DNA of 64,000 nt from an uncultured virus (IMG/VR IMGVR_UViG_3300008120_007613) (Duplodnaviria > Heunggongvirae > Uroviricota > Caudoviricetes): the IMG/VR virus record IMGVR_UViG_3300008120_007613. One strand, 5' to 3'. Within the stretch, counting starts at the first letter, position 1. Every line of letters begins with the position of its first letter. The notes under the pieces were generated by a model. It saw only the letters and a program-made list of their open reading frames with translations. It was not told the origin of the DNA and made no database searches. The translations under genes were made by a program, and so were the position numbers. Shown here piece after piece: positions 20,370 through 31,119 of this stretch.

Positions 20370-22235
20370 ATGCCTTTAATAGATCTACAAACAAACTTAA
20401 AATCACTTAAGTATGGCGCTGATCGCTTAGGCGGCGGTGACAGTGGTTTGCCTTATATCACAACTGATATAGCTACCGCTGATCCTGGTTTAAAGTTTGA
20501 TGATGGATTTGTAAGAGGTGGAACTGTAAATGCTGCTCAATTAGGACTTATAGATGCTAAACGCATTAGCAAGTTCTTTAATGATAAACCAAAAGGATTT
20601 CTATTTAGAACTAAACAAGTAGGATTACAACTAGCAAATCCACGCTTAGAAATACCTAAAAATCCAGCTAATATTATATCAGGAATACCTGATAATCCAC
20701 TGGCTGTAGGAACAAGAGGTTTACTAGAGCCAACTCGTATTTATAATCTTTTAGGTACTAATACCCTCCTTCAAATACCAGTAAATGCATTTGGGGGGCA
20801 TTTCAATAGACATGGTTTATTACCTATACAAACAGATGCTAGTAAATATGAGGCTGTAGTTACTGCTAACAATAATATTGGATTCTATAATAATCCTTCA
20901 AAAGATAATAGATTAGTAACATTAGCTGATAAATTCAAATTAGGAGATAGAACAGGAAATGATAGTGTAGCAAGAGCAGCAGGTAATATATTTAATACAT
21001 TAGGTAATTTAGTAAGTAATATTCCTATTGTATCTACAATTTTAAATACATTAACACCACAAGATCTAATTATAGATAGATATCAAGGTGGAGCTAACTC
21101 CGTTTATGGAGCTGGAGAAACAATTATAAGAAGATACAGCTTTACTGAAGATAAAGGTAAAATAGATCAATCATTATCATTTAGCCGTCAGTTTGCAGGT
21201 AATACTAGAAATTTAACTACTGGTGCTCCTGAAACTGTTAACTATGCTAGAGGGTTAGGTAATAAAAATGATTTAAAATCTATTTCTAATTATGATTCTG
21301 AAACACAATTTAATTCTGACCCAGCTGAAGTTAAAAAAGGAGTAAATAATAGTGTTGTTACATATGGTGCTCTTAAAACATATACCACTTTAAGAGGTAA
21401 AATTCAAACCGAATTAACCCAAGAAATACCAGATACAGGAAATTATACAGCTACTAATCCAGAATATAAAGATAAAAATACTATTACTACTGTAAACCCT
21501 CAAATAAATAGAGATCCATCTGAACCTTATAGATACTATGGTGTAAAAAAAGTATCTGATAGTGGAAGTATATCAACATATAATAATACTAATGTATTTG
21601 CTAGAAATGATGCCTCTATTTTAACAGTAGTATTTAGAGCAATTAACCCATTTTCAGACAATGTTACCCCTGAAAGATGGGTATTTTCAGCTTATATGAA
21701 TGGTTTTAGAGATAATTTTGCTGGTACTTGGAATGATGTAAACTATAATGGTAGAGCAGAAAGTTTCTACATATATAATAAATTTAAACGTAATGTATCG
21801 TTTAATCTACAAATACCTTGCTTTAACAAAACACAATTATTTGAAAAACACAGAGCATTAGGACAACTAGCATCAACAACAGCTGGTGCTTATAATGATG
21901 GTTTATTAGGTGGTGTTATACTTAAAGTAAACGTTGGTAATTATTTAGTTGGTGAGTATGCTACATTAAACAGTATAAGCTACAGCATACCAGAAAATGC
22001 CTCTTGGGATATAGCAGATGATGCTTTATTATCTATGTATTTAGATGTTAGTATTGAGCTTACAATTATCCCTAATAAATTACCACAATATGTACAAAGT
22101 GGACCAGATGCTCTTAATAATGGATTCTTCGGATATTTACCTAACCCAGTAAACACTCAACAACAACAACAAGCTGGATTCATAACTTCAGAAAATATAG
22201 TTAATAAATTTACAAAAGATATTCCTGCTAGCTAA
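20370..22235 (+). CDS. Baseplate/tail-tube initiator-like protein
   Basis: C-terminal 'FRDNFAGTWNDVNYNGRAESFYIYNKFKRNVSFNL' tube-initiator-like domain, upstream of the LysM gene. Confidence 0.6.
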   Translation: MPLIDLQTNLKSLKYGADRLGGGDSGLPYITTDIATADPGLKFDDGFVRGGTVNAAQLGLIDAKRISKFFNDKPKGFLFRTKQVGLQLANPRLEIPKNPANIISGIPDNPLAVGTRGLLEPTRIYNLLGTNTLLQIPVNAFGGHFNRHGLLPIQTDASKYEAVVTANNNIGFYNNPSKDNRLVTLADKFKLGDRTGNDSVARAAGNIFNTLGNLVSNIPIVSTILNTLTPQDLIIDRYQGGANSVYGAGETIIRRYSFTEDKGKIDQSLSFSRQFAGNTRNLTTGAPETVNYARGLGNKNDLKSISNYDSETQFNSDPAEVKKGVNNSVVTYGALKTYTTLRGKIQTELTQEIPDTGNYTATNPEYKDKNTITTVNPQINRDPSEPYRYYGVKKVSDSGSISTYNNTNVFARNDASILTVVFRAINPFSDNVTPERWVFSAYMNGFRDNFAGTWNDVNYNGRAESFYIYNKFKRNVSFNLQIPCFNKTQLFEKHRALGQLASTTAGAYNDGLLGGVILKVNVGNYLVGEYATLNSISYSIPENASWDIADDALLSMYLDVSIELTIIPNKLPQYVQSGPDALNNGFFGYLPNPVNTQQQQQAGFITSENIVNKFTKDIPAS

Positions 22236-22244
22236 AAGATAATT

Positions 22245-22553
22245 ATGGCAACAAGATATGACGATAGAATAATATTATATACCTTACAAGGTAAGCCATA
22301 TTATAAAGGTAAAGTATACCCAAACATACCTTTATCCGAAACAGATGTGTATGTTATTACAAATGTAGGAGATAGACTTGATTCCCTAGCTTATTCTTAT
22401 TATAATGATGTTAACTACTGGTGGATTATATCTGCAGCTAATAATAATGTAACTAAAGGATCATTATTTCCTGCTCCTGGTACTCAATTAAGAATACCAA
22501 CTGATTTAAACAGTGTTTTAAACTTATTTAATCAATTTAATCAAGCTAGATAA
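22245..22553 (+). CDS. LysM-like baseplate protein
   Basis: 'GDRLDSLAYSYYND..YWWIISAANN...GTQLRIP'. Confidence 0.85.
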   Translation: MATRYDDRIILYTLQGKPYYKGKVYPNIPLSETDVYVITNVGDRLDSLAYSYYNDVNYWWIISAANNNVTKGSLFPAPGTQLRIPTDLNSVLNLFNQFNQAR

Positions 22554-22558
22554 ATGTT

Positions 22559-25500
22559 ATGTCAATATTTAGAGATACATTCACTCCTGAAGTAAGTGCC
22601 TCGCTAGCCGTTCGTCAGAACGCAATGGTGAATCGTACTCCTCAAAATATCCAATATTTAAATGCTCGTAATGCTTGGATTAGGATGACATCAGCTGTCA
22701 ATGTTTATAATCCAAAAACTCAAAGAATAGATGATACTTTAGCTAAACAATATGTTTTATTAGGTGGTACTTTAAATGCAAATAAATCAATAAAAGCAGG
22801 TGTTGGAGATAATACCAAAGCATATAGCAGAGAAACTCCATCAGGTAAAACCCACAGGTTAGGTATTCGTCCAATGCCTGGTATTACCTCTATAGATGTT
22901 AAATCTTTAACAGCGTATGGTTCGCTAAGACAAGTAACAGTAAATTTTCAATGTTGGGATATTGCTCAACTTGAAGATTTAGAATTACTTTATATGCGTC
23001 CAGGATATACTGTATTAATAGAGTGGGGATGGTTACCTTATCTAGATATTAAAGGTAATCTAGTAACAAATGCCCCTCAGTTTTATGATATTCTAGATAA
23101 ACCACCTACTAACAGAACAAAAATATTTAGAGAGTTATACGAAAAAAGTAAAAAATCTGGTGGTAACTACGATGCAATGTATGGTTACATTAAAAACTAT
23201 CAGTGGTCAGCTCGTGAAGATGGTGGATATGAATGTCAAGCCACTGTTATATCAACAGGTGAAATTATTGAATCATTAAAGGTAAACTATGTTAGACCTG
23301 ATTTAGTATCATTTAATAATACAGAATTTGGACTTTTAAATGATGAATTTACCTCACCTCCCCCAAATGTTTCATTAGCTTATTACTATCAAAAAAATGT
23401 ATTAGCTGGTATTTGGGCTGAAACATATTCAAGATTACTAGATCAAAATAAAACATTTCCCCAAAACTCAGTATTTAAAGGTCCTCAAGGATCTAAAATT
23501 GCTATTGTTACCTTCCCTGGTTTAAAAACATCTGATACTGATCTTCCAGTACCACCTAATGCTGCTTCAGGATCTCAAGTTTATATTACATTAGAATCTG
23601 CATTTGATATTATAAACAAATATATTGTTCCTGACTCTAGTGGTGATAATGACTCTCTTATAACATTATCTGTAAAATCAAGTGATATTACAAATCCAAC
23701 AGGAAGTGATTTATATTGTATCGCCCATCCTACTCAGTTATCTGTTAATCCAACAGTATGCTTGATTAATAGTCCATTATGGTCAGATAAAGGACAAGTA
23801 GCAACAGCTATTAGTGGAGCTACAGCTACCCCTGTTACCGCTCAGATTCAATCTATAGTAAATGATATACAAAGTGTTAGAAATAGCAATTTTAGTAATG
23901 CTGGTGATTTAGATAAGTTTGCTACTGCTGTAAGTAAAATTACAGATTTACAAACATTTAGTGCTGTTGAACAAGCTTTACAAACTACTTTTGAAAATAT
24001 TATTACAAATGAAATAAAATTAAGATTTAATATTTTAAAATACATTTCTCCTTTACCAATTCGTATTACTGCTCTTCAAAGAGCAATAGATTCTTTAACT
24101 TCTATTCCTGGTCTTAATATTAATGTTTCCCCATCAACTAGAACTAGTGGATATCAAGGAGGAAGTACAACATATATTGAATTAACTTCTATAACTATAA
24201 CAGGAAGTCCAAATGCCTCTGCTGCTAATTTAGTAGCAGTTTCTATTAATGGTCAAAGTAAACAAGCCATAGCTACATTATCTCTCCTACAAATATTAAA
24301 ACCATTTTTCTACAATAATGATCCATATAGTGAAATAGGAACTATTAAAAACATATATGTAAACGTAGAGTTCTTATACAAAAAAGCATTAGACGGATTT
24401 ACTGAATCCCAAGATACTAATCAGAAAAATGAAATTAATCTTTATAATTATGTTAAGGGTATAGTTTCAGCTATACAACAATCAATAGGTAATGTTAATA
24501 ACTTTGAAATCCATGTTGATCCTGTTGATAACAATGTAGCTAGAGTAATTGATGTTAATTATACCCAACCAGATAAAGCTAAAAAGAATAACTTATTTGA
24601 ATTACAAGTTCATAATTTAAAATCAATAGTACGTAATTATTCTCTTCAATCACAAATATTCCCAAATCAATCATCTCTTATTGCTATTGGGTCTCAAGCA
24701 AAAGGAGGCCAATTAGGTATGCAAAACAACACAATGATTGATTTTAATAGAACTTTAGTAGATAGAATTATACCTGAAAAAACATTTGGTGGAGAAAGTA
24801 GTTTAACCATTAATACAAATAAAGAAACTCCATTAGCAGCAAATTTAGCAGGAATTATACAATTATATGCAGCATTATCTGTTCCTCCTTCCAATTCTCC
24901 TGCTGCTGATCCAAATTCTCCAACTCCATCTACTACAACTTCTACTAATTTTGAAACATTATATACTACTGCTAAAAATAATTTAAAAGATTTAATTGTA
25001 TATTTTCAATCAATTCCTGATCTAGAATCATCTAGTGCTAATAGAAACATTATTCCTATTCAGTTTTCATTTGAAATGGATGGAATTGGAGGACTAGTAA
25101 TTGGGCACTTATTTACTATAAATCAAGATATATTACCTATTGGGTATAAAGGACCTAACTTAGCACAAACAGTAACTCGTATAGGTCATACTATTTCAAA
25201 TAATGATTGGGTTACCAAGATAGATGCTTTAAATATCATATTAAATAATAAAGCAGGGAAAGTTAAATTTCAAGAGTTAGATTTAGTTAAGATTATTAAT
25301 ACCTCTTTAAATGCAGCATTTGCAAATAATCAACCTACTAGCAATGTTGGAGGAACAGCTCCTATAGGAATTTCATCATATCTAGGATATATAGAACAAA
25401 ATGCCCCAAGAACCCCAGTTATAGCAAACGAATACAGTCCTGCTCTTCAAACAACATTCCCTCAGTTTTCTAAAGGAATTAAATTATTATTAGAAGCCCA

Positions 25501-25840
25501 AACACAATTAGAAGGTTTCTATCCAGGATCAGTTTCATATAGAACTAATAATCCTGGAAATGTGCAAACAGATACTTCTAAGGGAAAAATAACTTCATTT
25601 CCTACACTAGAAGAAGGTATTAAAGCACAATGGAATAGAGTATTAAAAGGAGCACTTAATAATACATCTAGATTCTATACCTCAAATATGACTTTATTTC
25701 AGTATCTTTCAGTGTATGCTCCACCACCACAAAACAATCCAACTAATTATACTAACTTTGTAATTAATTTTTTTAAAACAAATGCTAATATAATCATAAC
25801 AGCTAATACAACTTTAGAACAGATAAACGCTATAAATTAA
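22559..25840 (+). CDS. Baseplate hub-like protein with C-terminal lysozyme-like domain
   Basis: N-terminal 'PMPGITSIDV...GSLR...LYMRPGYTVLIEWGW'. C-terminal 'RTNNPGNV...FPTLEEG...YAPP..NNPTNY'. Confidence 0.65.
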   Translation: MSIFRDTFTPEVSASLAVRQNAMVNRTPQNIQYLNARNAWIRMTSAVNVYNPKTQRIDDTLAKQYVLLGGTLNANKSIKAGVGDNTKAYSRETPSGKTHRLGIRPMPGITSIDVKSLTAYGSLRQVTVNFQCWDIAQLEDLELLYMRPGYTVLIEWGWLPYLDIKGNLVTNAPQFYDILDKPPTNRTKIFRELYEKSKKSGGNYDAMYGYIKNYQWSAREDGGYECQATVISTGEIIESLKVNYVRPDLVSFNNTEFGLLNDEFTSPPPNVSLAYYYQKNVLAGIWAETYSRLLDQNKTFPQNSVFKGPQGSKIAIVTFPGLKTSDTDLPVPPNAASGSQVYITLESAFDIINKYIVPDSSGDNDSLITLSVKSSDITNPTGSDLYCIAHPTQLSVNPTVCLINSPLWSDKGQVATAISGATATPVTAQIQSIVNDIQSVRNSNFSNAGDLDKFATAVSKITDLQTFSAVEQALQTTFENIITNEIKLRFNILKYISPLPIRITALQRAIDSLTSIPGLNINVSPSTRTSGYQGGSTTYIELTSITITGSPNASAANLVAVSINGQSKQAIATLSLLQILKPFFYNNDPYSEIGTIKNIYVNVEFLYKKALDGFTESQDTNQKNEINLYNYVKGIVSAIQQSIGNVNNFEIHVDPVDNNVARVIDVNYTQPDKAKKNNLFELQVHNLKSIVRNYSLQSQIFPNQSSLIAIGSQAKGGQLGMQNNTMIDFNRTLVDRIIPEKTFGGESSLTINTNKETPLAANLAGIIQLYAALSVPPSNSPAADPNSPTPSTTTSTNFETLYTTAKNNLKDLIVYFQSIPDLESSSANRNIIPIQFSFEMDGIGGLVIGHLFTINQDILPIGYKGPNLAQTVTRIGHTISNNDWVTKIDALNIILNNKAGKVKFQELDLVKIINTSLNAAFANNQPTSNVGGTAPIGISSYLGYIEQNAPRTPVIANEYSPALQTTFPQFSKGIKLLLEAQTQLEGFYPGSVSYRTNNPGNVQTDTSKGKITSFPTLEEGIKAQWNRVLKGALNNTSRFYTSNMTLFQYLSVYAPPPQNNPTNYTNFVINFFKTNANIIITANTTLEQINAIN

Positions 25841-25841
25841 A

Positions 25842-26330
25842 ATGGGGGTACCTAAAAGTAATATAGTAACAGGTAAATATACATCAGGAGGAGAGTTTGT
25901 AGAATCATCATCGAATGCTCCTTACCAAGGATATTACTATGAACTTAATAATAAATTCTATTCTGGAAAAGAATACTCTCCTACTGCTCCTGAAATTATA
26001 CGAATACAGTCCCCAGAAAGAAATAGACTATTAAATAATATCCCTACAGCAATATATTCACTTATATCAGGTATAACATCTAAGTCTATATCTGCTCCTC
26101 CTATTAAAATTCTCCCTTCAGAAAAATATAGTATAAATAAATCAATTAGGTTCTTCTGTAAGAAAATAAATAGTGATATTATTAAAGAAATAGATGAACA
26201 AACATACAAATCACTTCAATCTCAACCTATATATCAAACTACATTTATAGGGATATATAATGGAAAAACTCAAACAGTAGACCAAGCAGATCAGCAAGTA
26301 CCAGGTCTAAAAGCTTTCTTGGCAGTCTAA
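25842..26330 (+). CDS. Hypothetical virion protein
   Basis: 'YTSGGEFV...YQGYYY...YSGK'. Last gene of the structural operon. Confidence 0.55.
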   Translation: MGVPKSNIVTGKYTSGGEFVESSSNAPYQGYYYELNNKFYSGKEYSPTAPEIIRIQSPERNRLLNNIPTAIYSLISGITSKSISAPPIKILPSEKYSINKSIRFFCKKINSDIIKEIDEQTYKSLQSQPIYQTTFIGIYNGKTQTVDQADQQVPGLKAFLAV

Positions 26331-26349
26331 ACTCTCAATCTTATATTTA
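26319..26349 (+). promoter_or_regulatory. Bacteroidota-type promoter (TTGG-N19-TATATTTA)
   Basis: Lies at the boundary between the structural and replication modules. Confidence 0.7.
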
Positions 26350-26368
26350 AGGATAAAGGTTATGAAAA

Positions 26369-27667
26369 ATGTTTTATATAATAGAGCGACAAGATCAATT
26401 AGATAAATTAGGACCGTTTAATGATTGCTTTGTGAGATTCATCCCACAAAACGATAATTTCCACCCATCATTAAGTCCACTTAGTTTAATATACATCAGA
26501 TCATTATCTGATCATAAAGGATATATTCTATGTTTAAGCCACACTGAATCATTCTCACTGGACATGAGTGTTACTCTTAACTGGCTCAACAAAAATACAG
26601 GTAAGCTCTGGGTTATGGATAAGAAGCAGGCTATGTACTGGTTCCCATACCCAGACAAACTGTATGATGTTAATTTCATTGCAATACCTAATTTAACTGA
26701 AGCATTAAATATACCTGCTATAACATATTATTATAGTAAATATACTAATTTACCTATTGTAAATAAGTTAATTCCTATTAGTAAACATTATGAGGAAAGT
26801 GAAAATATATTTAATGAGGTAGTAACATCTATCATTACACAAGAAAATAATTCTACATTTGCATTTAATAACGATTCCTTAACGCGTGTGTTTCATGAAA
26901 TTGAAAAACAGGGTATTAAGGTAGATAAACAATGCTTTATTGATTGCTACGGTAATGATTTAAAATATCCTGAATTTAACCTATATAAAGGTAAAATATA
27001 TAGTCAATACAATCTATACACAACTACTGGTCGTCCATCAAACACATATAACAGCATTAACTTTGCAGCACTAAATAAAAACAACGGCGAGCGCCTATGC
27101 TACAGACCAACAAACGATAAGTTTATTGAGGTAGATATTCAAGGATATCACCCACGATTGATAGGTGAGATGATCAATTTCCATTTCCCAGTAGATAAAA
27201 ACACATATGAGTATTTAGGTGAATTATTAGGTGTATCACAGCAAGAGGCCAAAGAATTGACATTCAAACAATTATACGGTGGTGTATGGAGCGAATATCG
27301 CGATAAACCATTCTTTAAAGATGTAGCAACGTTTACAGATGAATTGTGGAACGACTTTAAAGGTAGTGGCTACATAGCAACTAAAAATAAACTATTTAAA
27401 AAGTGGGAACTACAAGATATGACGCCTGCTAAACTATTAAATTACATCGTTCAAAACGCAGAAACAACAACAAATACCATATTGTTAGATGGCATATTAC
27501 GCGAATTAAAGGATAAACAAACTAAATTAGTATTGTATACTTACGATGCATTTCTATTTGATTATGCTAAGGAAGATGGCGATATATTAACTGAAATTAA
27601 AGATATTATTCACTACCCTGTATCAATTAAACAGGGCAAATCGTATCACGGTTTAACTAAAATATAA
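26369..27667 (+). CDS. Short, divergent family A DNA polymerase-like protein
   Basis: 'TTTGRPS', motif A 'EVDIQGYHPR', motif B 'AKELTFKQLYG', motif C 'LYTYDAFLFD'. Confidence 0.8.
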   Translation: MFYIIERQDQLDKLGPFNDCFVRFIPQNDNFHPSLSPLSLIYIRSLSDHKGYILCLSHTESFSLDMSVTLNWLNKNTGKLWVMDKKQAMYWFPYPDKLYDVNFIAIPNLTEALNIPAITYYYSKYTNLPIVNKLIPISKHYEESENIFNEVVTSIITQENNSTFAFNNDSLTRVFHEIEKQGIKVDKQCFIDCYGNDLKYPEFNLYKGKIYSQYNLYTTTGRPSNTYNSINFAALNKNNGERLCYRPTNDKFIEVDIQGYHPRLIGEMINFHFPVDKNTYEYLGELLGVSQQEAKELTFKQLYGGVWSEYRDKPFFKDVATFTDELWNDFKGSGYIATKNKLFKKWELQDMTPAKLLNYIVQNAETTTNTILLDGILRELKDKQTKLVLYTYDAFLFDYAKEDGDILTEIKDIIHYPVSIKQGKSYHGLTKI

Positions 27668-27673
27668 ATATTT

Positions 27674-28096
27674 ATGACCGAACAACTAAATGAATTTTTG
27701 GATTTGAATAAGTTATTCTGTACATTTACCTCCCCTGCAGAGTTAGAAGACACTGTAGCAGCGATCAATCGCAGGTATTCAATATTATTTAACAAGATAT
27801 TCATCCTTGAATCACCTCAGAGTGATGAATTGATGTGTACCTATAATATTGATGCAGGCAACATGACTTCATCTCCAATGTCTAATACAATATTATTACA
27901 CCGTAAAAAGGAAAGTAATACATTGTACACCATTAATGCCTTGAACACATTGATCATGTCATTAAACAACGGTGTGTTAGATAAAAATTTCATTGTAGAT
28001 TGGAACAATTATAAAAATTGCATACTATTAACCAGTGGTCCTAACATTAGACGTTTAGATACGGCTATTCATAAGATCATTGATCTTAGTAAGTAA
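27674..28096 (+). CDS. Conserved phage hypothetical protein
   Basis: 'NKLFCTF...CTYNID...LHRKKESNTLYTINALN'. Confidence 0.65.
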   Translation: MTEQLNEFLDLNKLFCTFTSPAELEDTVAAINRRYSILFNKIFILESPQSDELMCTYNIDAGNMTSSPMSNTILLHRKKESNTLYTINALNTLIMSLNNGVLDKNFIVDWNNYKNCILLTSGPNIRRLDTAIHKIIDLSK

Positions 28097-28098
28097 GT

Positions 28099-28129
28099 TT
28101 TGAAAACATAAGAAAGAATCATAGATTCA
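28099..28129 (+). promoter_or_regulatory. Bacteroidota-type promoter (TTTG-N19-TAGATTCA)
   Basis: Intergenic, upstream of the SSB gene. Confidence 0.7.
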
Positions 28130-28171
28130 CAATTATTGTGGTCATAGACCACCTCATTTAAAACCTATATT

Positions 28172-28990
28172 ATGGACTTAAGTCTAATCAAACAGAAGTT
28201 GTCCGCTTCTCAAAACAAAGGACAGAAACGCGAAAAAACTGACTACACAAAGATCTTCTGGAAACCAAAACCAGGTAAGTATCAAGTCAGAATCCTCCCC
28301 TCTAAATTCGACAAAGCAAACCCGTTCCGCGAAGTGTATTTCCACTATGGCTTTGCCAAAGGACCAATTCTAGCTTTAACAAACTGGAATGAAAAGGATC
28401 CTATCGTTGAATTCGCTAAAAACCTCCGCAAATCATCTGACAAAGAAGATTGGCAATTAGCTAAAAAAATCGAACCAAAACTCCGTTACTTTGCTCCTGT
28501 ACTTGTACGTGGCGAAGAGGACAAAGGTGCTCGCCTTTGGGAATTTGGTAAATTGATTTATGAGCAATTGCTCGGTATCGCTGCTGATGAAGATTATGGC
28601 GACTACACAGACATTACTGATGGTCGTGACTTCACTATTGAGGCAGTTGAAGACATCGTTGCAAACCGTAAAGGTATCAAGTGTAACATTCGTGTTAAAC
28701 CAAAAACATCAGCTATCTCTGAAGATGGTGATTTGGTAAACAAGGTGTTGGAAGAACAACCTGATATCCTTACCATCAACAAGCATTATTCATTTGATGA
28801 ATTAAAAGACTTGTTAGACAAGTGGTTGAATCCTGAAGAGGATACTGAAGAACCAATTGCATCTAAAGATGAAGAAGAGGAAGATGAATTTCTTGCTGAC
28901 ATGAATAAGCCAGTAGAGCAAACCTACAAGCTTGACACTAAGGCAACTAAGACATCTAACGCAGACAAATTCGACGATTTATTTAATTAA
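28172..28990 (+). CDS. Single-stranded DNA-binding protein (T4 gp32-like)
   Basis: 'FWKP..GKYQVRILP', 'GRDF', acidic tail ending 'FDDLFN'. Confidence 0.85.
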   Translation: MDLSLIKQKLSASQNKGQKREKTDYTKIFWKPKPGKYQVRILPSKFDKANPFREVYFHYGFAKGPILALTNWNEKDPIVEFAKNLRKSSDKEDWQLAKKIEPKLRYFAPVLVRGEEDKGARLWEFGKLIYEQLLGIAADEDYGDYTDITDGRDFTIEAVEDIVANRKGIKCNIRVKPKTSAISEDGDLVNKVLEEQPDILTINKHYSFDELKDLLDKWLNPEEDTEEPIASKDEEEEDEFLADMNKPVEQTYKLDTKATKTSNADKFDDLFN

Positions 28991-29000
28991 TTAATTAACA

Positions 29001-30104
29001 ATGGCAAAGAAAAGCTCACTAAGTGAGGTTGTATCTGCCTCCTTAAAAGGTGGTTTCGATTTGGATAAATTTAAAAAATCCAAATTCCTAGATCAATCCT
29101 CCAAATTTAAAAAACAGCGCTGGCTGACATTCTCACCAGCACTACGTGATGCGCTTTCAATTCCTGGTATTCCTCTAGGTCACGTATTCGTGGCCAGAGG
29201 AGGATCAGATACAGGTAAAACTACTATGTTGATTGAGGCTGCAGTTGAAGCTCAAAAACAAGGTATATTGCCTGTATTCATCATCACTGAAATGAAATGG
29301 GACTTCTCACACGCCCAAAAAATGGGATTCCAATGTGAAGCAGTTCCTGATGATGCAACTGGAGAGGTAGTAGATTATAAAGGATTCTTCCTATATGTGG
29401 ATAGATCCTCTCTAAATACTATTGAAGATGTATCTGCATTCATTGCTGATATTTTAAGCGAACAGAAAGATGGTAAGTTACCTCATGATCTATTGTTCCT
29501 ATGGGATTCAGTAGGTTCTATTCCATGCGAAATGAGCGTTAAACAGGGTAATAATAACCCTATGTGGAACGCAGGCGCTATGGCTACACAATTTGGTAAC
29601 TTTATCAACCAACAGTTTCCATTATCACGTAAAGAAAGCTACCCATACACTAATACATTATTTGTAATTAACAAAACAGGTGTACAACCAGCATTAACTC
29701 CTATGAGTCAACCTCGTATGACTAATAAAGGTGGTAATTCCATGTATTGGGATGCTACAATTGTAGCTACATTTGGTAATGTTACTAATAGTGGTACTTC
29801 TAAAATTAGTGTACAACATAAGGGTAAGAAAGTAGAATTTGCAAAACGTACTAAAATCGCTATCGATAAGATTCATGCTGATTATGGTATTGCTACTGCA
29901 TCAACTGTACTTGTTACTCCTCACGGATTCATTCCTGATACCCCTGAGGCAATTAAAGAGTACAAGAAAACCTATGCTCACGAATGGTTTAATGAAACCA
30001 TTGATGTATCTGATCTAGTACAGATGGAAGATAATAGTGAGTGGGAAGAAAGCAGTAAAATATCACCAATAGTAGAAATCGATAACGATGCAAGCGAAGA
30101 ATAA
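29001..30104 (+). CDS. RecA/UvsX-like recombinase
   Basis: Walker A 'GGSDTGKTT' and Walker B 'LFLWDSVGS', between the SSB and exonuclease genes. Confidence 0.85.
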   Translation: MAKKSSLSEVVSASLKGGFDLDKFKKSKFLDQSSKFKKQRWLTFSPALRDALSIPGIPLGHVFVARGGSDTGKTTMLIEAAVEAQKQGILPVFIITEMKWDFSHAQKMGFQCEAVPDDATGEVVDYKGFFLYVDRSSLNTIEDVSAFIADILSEQKDGKLPHDLLFLWDSVGSIPCEMSVKQGNNNPMWNAGAMATQFGNFINQQFPLSRKESYPYTNTLFVINKTGVQPALTPMSQPRMTNKGGNSMYWDATIVATFGNVTNSGTSKISVQHKGKKVEFAKRTKIAIDKIHADYGIATASTVLVTPHGFIPDTPEAIKEYKKTYAHEWFNETIDVSDLVQMEDNSEWEESSKISPIVEIDNDASEE

Positions 30105-31119
30105 GTACGCAGATATACTCTCTAAAGTCAACAATGATCAGCGTGGAGTCTCAGACTCCATTCTGATTATTGATGGACTAAACACATTCCTCAGATCATT
30201 TACAATGATCAACCACATTAATCCAGATGGCCACCACATAGGTGGCCTTACTGGATTTTTAAAATCAGTTGGCTATGCTATCAAAATGCTAGATCCAACT
30301 AAAGTAATAATTGTGTTTGATGGAGCTGGAGGATCTAACGCCAAACGAAATTTATATCCTGAATACAAAGCAAACAGGAATAAATCTCGAATGACTAATT
30401 ACTCTATATTCAGCTCAAAGGATGAAGAAAACGAATCTATCAACAATCAGATGGCAAGATTGATTCAATATCTTCAATGCCTACCAGTATCAATGATTGT
30501 AGTAGATGGAATTGAGGCAGATGATGTTATAGGTTATTTAGTAGGTAAATTTGAAAAATTTAATGCTACTAAAGAGGTAACAGTACTATCTGCTGATAAA
30601 GATTTCCTTCAATTAGTATCTGATAAGGTTCAAGTATATTCTCCAACTAAAAAGAAAATATATAAACCAAAAGATGTACTGGATGAATATAATGTTAGTA
30701 GCTATAACTTCGTTAACTATAAAATACTGATGGGAGATAATTCAGATAATTTACCTGGTATTGATGGTTTAGGACCTAAAAAGGTAATTAAAATGTTTCC
30801 TGAATTAGCTAGCGATACACCTACAACATTAAATGAAATAATAGAGAAAGCAAATAGCAAAATAGGTGAACATGATCTATATGCTCGTATAGTTGAAAGA
30901 AAACATCAGCTAGAGGTAAATAGTAAACTGATGAATCTACAAACTATGCCTATATCAGAGGAGAATATAGATATTATACAGCGTAGTTTTAAAGCACCTT
31001 ATGAGCTAAATCCTCATGCGTTTATGACTATGTATTTGGCTGATAAGTTAGGTGAATCGATTCCTAACACACCAAACTGGTTAAACCAAGTCTTTGGACC
31101 TTTAAATGCCTTTAAGTAA
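30088..31119 (+). CDS. 5'-3' exonuclease/flap endonuclease (T4 RNase H-like)
   Basis: 'IIDGLN', 'VFDG', 'YPEYKANR', 'EADDVI', 'SADKDFLQL', 'GDNSDNLPGIDGLGPK'. Confidence 0.92.
   Translation: MQAKNKYADILSKVNNDQRGVSDSILIIDGLNTFLRSFTMINHINPDGHHIGGLTGFLKSVGYAIKMLDPTKVIIVFDGAGGSNAKRNLYPEYKANRNKSRMTNYSIFSSKDEENESINNQMARLIQYLQCLPVSMIVVDGIEADDVIGYLVGKFEKFNATKEVTVLSADKDFLQLVSDKVQVYSPTKKKIYKPKDVLDEYNVSSYNFVNYKILMGDNSDNLPGIDGLGPKKVIKMFPELASDTPTTLNEIIEKANSKIGEHDLYARIVERKHQLEVNSKLMNLQTMPISEENIDIIQRSFKAPYELNPHAFMTMYLADKLGESIPNTPNWLNQVFGPLNAFK

Noticed and set aside
28983..28998. (TTAA)4 run between the SSB and recA genes
   Set aside because: Short, low-complexity sequence that includes the stop codon in an AT-rich genome. 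No evidence of function.
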